DNA of 62,591 bases, counting the filler, from Nitrospinae bacterium RIFCSPLOWO2_12_FULL_45_22 (GTDB lineage Bacteria > 2-12-FULL-45-22): assembly GCA_001803565.1 (NCBI GenBank). It is 5 parts of 5 records of this genome, joined end to end, with 100 filler letters (N's around TTAATTAATTAA, not from the genome) between each part and the next. Parts side by side here need not be neighbours in the genome. Positions count along the whole stretch, not along the records: positions 50,340 to 62,591 come from MHDQ01000019.1; 4 more parts are not named here. The stretch is one strand, 5' to 3'. Position numbers and translations under genes: made by a program. Shown piece by piece: positions 60,777 through 62,591 of the stretch; the stretch's first letter is position 1, and every line of letters begins with the position of its first letter. A model generated the notes under the pieces. That model did no database searches, was not told the DNA's origin, and was given only the letters and a program-made list of their open reading frames with translations.

Positions 60777-61553
60777 TTAGAGGGTATTTATGATTGTGGC
60801 GACCGGGTGAGACGACCTGGCATTCCCTAATATTATCTGCTTTATCCTGGGGTGGTGGCTAGCAAGGACCTTTTCTGCTAAGGATTTTGCCTGATTAAGG
60901 TCACTTAGCAATTCAACTTTATTGAAAAAAGGGATAATCCGAGCACCTGCTGGGCTACCTTTAATAATACCGAACGGATGGGTAAGGAGAGAAGCAATAT
61001 GCTCCTGGGTGATGATCTCTCCTAGTGGGATTTTCAGGAGATTAGCAACTAGTTCCGCACGAAAGACATGCCCCTCCATAAGCTCTTTGCCTAACACATC
61101 TAGACCTACTACTGGTATCATTAAACTGGTTGTTTCAGGAATCACTGGCTCCCAATCAGCCGGGGCCTTTAAGGATTTTTGCGCCGCACCATCCGCTTCA
61201 ATTATAATGGGCACATCGGGCAGTAGCTGTCTTAATTCATTTATTGTTTCAGGTTTTAGCCCTTTCAATTTGCCACCTGGCAACGAGTTAGCGGCTAAAG
61301 TAATATGTCTATAGTTTTCCAGGGCCTTTGATAAGCTAGAGGGTATTCTTTCTTCCGGAGAAAGTAAGAGAACATGGGGGCTTTCTGTGGAGTTAGGACG
61401 CCTGATTTTAGTAGTAGTAGTAGTAATAACGTAGCTATGTTGCCGGGTAAGTTCCTTAGCCAGATTATACATCAAGGTAGTCTTACCCCCTGCACCTACC
61501 AGGCTTATAATCTCACCTGCCGCAATTCCAAACGCTTCTACAAGGTCTAACAT
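60777..61553 (-). CDS. yqeC: Selenium-dependent hydroxylase accessory protein
   Basis: Motifs VGAGGKTT, TTTTKI and EADGA..KSLKAP..WEPVIP. Confidence 0.9.
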   Translation of the reverse strand: MLDLVEAFGIAAGEIISLVGAGGKTTLMYNLAKELTRQHSYVITTTTTKIRRPNSTESPHVLLLSPEERIPSSLSKALENYRHITLAANSLPGGKLKGLKPETINELRQLLPDVPIIIEADGAAQKSLKAPADWEPVIPETTSLMIPVVGLDVLGKELMEGHVFRAELVANLLKIPLGEIITQEHIASLLTHPFGIIKGSPAGARIIPFFNKVELLSDLNQAKSLAEKVLASHHPRIKQIILGNARSSHPVATIINTL

Positions 61554-61616
61554 TACCTTATTTGGTTTCCTTCTAATCGCCGAGCAGGATGTCGCTTAAC
61601 ATACGTATAGGTCCCC

Positions 61617-62591
61617 CTAAGATTGCCGGCTTAGTTCTTCATATACCGCCTTCACATACTCTAATACTGGTGGCAAATTACTATACTTAGCTGCAACAAG
61701 AGCTTGTTCTAAGTGTTGATCACATTTTTTAGCATTACCAAGCGCGTGCCATATTCGAGCAAGTTCAGAACATGTGTAGGCCAATCCCATATTATCATGT
61801 TCAGCAATGTAGAGCTCTTTTGCACGGTTGTATAGCTCTTTAGCCCTTGTAAATTCCCGATGATGTCGCCATAAATCTCCTTGTGACTGAAAAACATTGG
61901 CAAGGCCAAGATTATCCCTCTCCTGACGGTAGAGTTCGATGGCTTCTTTGTAATGAGCCTCTGCCTCATCAATCTTGCCTAANNNNNNNNNNNNNNNNNC
62001 CAGGTAGTTCAAGCTATGAGCGGTAGGAATATTCAGATCAGCTCTCTTTTGCAATAGAAGAAGTCGCCCTAAGATTTCCATCCCTGCAAAAGCGTGGAAT
62101 TGATAGAAATTGCTTAACGTGAAACTGATCGCAGTCAGTTTCTNNNNNNNNNNNNNNNNNNNNNNNNNNNNNNNNNNNNNNNNNNNNNNNNNNNNNNNNN
62201 NNNNNNNNNNCAATCAAAGTATCTAGATCAAAGCCATCTTCTTTTGATAATGCCTTTCCTTCTGCAAATCTTTGCAGAGGTGGCAGCATAAGGAGATTCC
62301 CATAACTGTAATTCACGAGATTAAGCCTTATAAGCAGGTTAAGACACTCAGAGCCAATTTTTGTTCTTTTTCGGAAGAACCGCCAGGCTTCTCCCGTCAT
62401 TCCCTCTGGGAAAAATACCATGAGCCCCCAGAGAAGGATAGCTCCATCCTTCTCTCGCTGTAATTTCACACTACTAAGGGATAGTGAGATAGAAATATCA
62501 AGGTTGCTTAAACGATCTTCTTTTCCACGAAAGAGACGGGCAAGGCACATACCTCTTTCTCTCCAGGCATCACGAATAGATTCTAAGGCTG
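61617..62591 (-). CDS. C-terminal part of a large TPR-containing protein (gapped; start outside the window)
   Basis: Repeats AEAHYKEAIELY..ERDNLGLAN and AKELYNRAKELY..EHDNMGLAY. Two N gaps interrupt it. Confidence 0.7.

Overview
The window is five separate contigs of a draft or metagenome assembly, joined by artificial 100-bp N/TTAATTAATTAA linkers at 9410, 18901, 40796 and 50240, so adjacency across the linkers means nothing. Gene content suggests an anaerobic, Desulfobacterota-like bacterium (inference). Contig 1 (1-9409): lipA, lipB, a ferredoxin, hsp20, and an operon pairing a fumarate-adding-like glycyl radical enzyme with duplicated 2-hydroxyacyl-CoA dehydratase/benzoyl-CoA reductase-family subunits and an activase. 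Contig 2 (9510-18900): a tightly coupled tcmP / SPL-family radical SAM / type III Mod / Res operon, with a diverged relic of its radical SAM-mod junction downstream. This operon is the best candidate for an undescribed DNA-modification or defence system. Contig 3 (19001-40795): a small integrase-less cassette array, leuS-nusB-ribH-ribE, a SNF2/SWIM pair, and a ~9.5-kb integron with a dead intI. The integron cassettes include a DUF5343-like + HEPN pair, an SphI-like R-M system, a three-gene catalase/CuZn-SOD/cupin cassette and two toxin-antitoxin-like pairs. Two group II introns sit inside attC sites on the cassette strand. Contig 4 (40896-50239): nuclease-like hypotheticals, a RAYT relic and addBA. 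Contig 5 (50340-62591): GNAT, NSS transporters, cca, a selenocysteine-containing selD with a SECIS hairpin, an OYE-type flavoenzyme, a dehydratase subunit, yqeC and a TPR protein. Two families of small dispersed repeats recur throughout. All calls come from reading motifs by eye; no searches were run.
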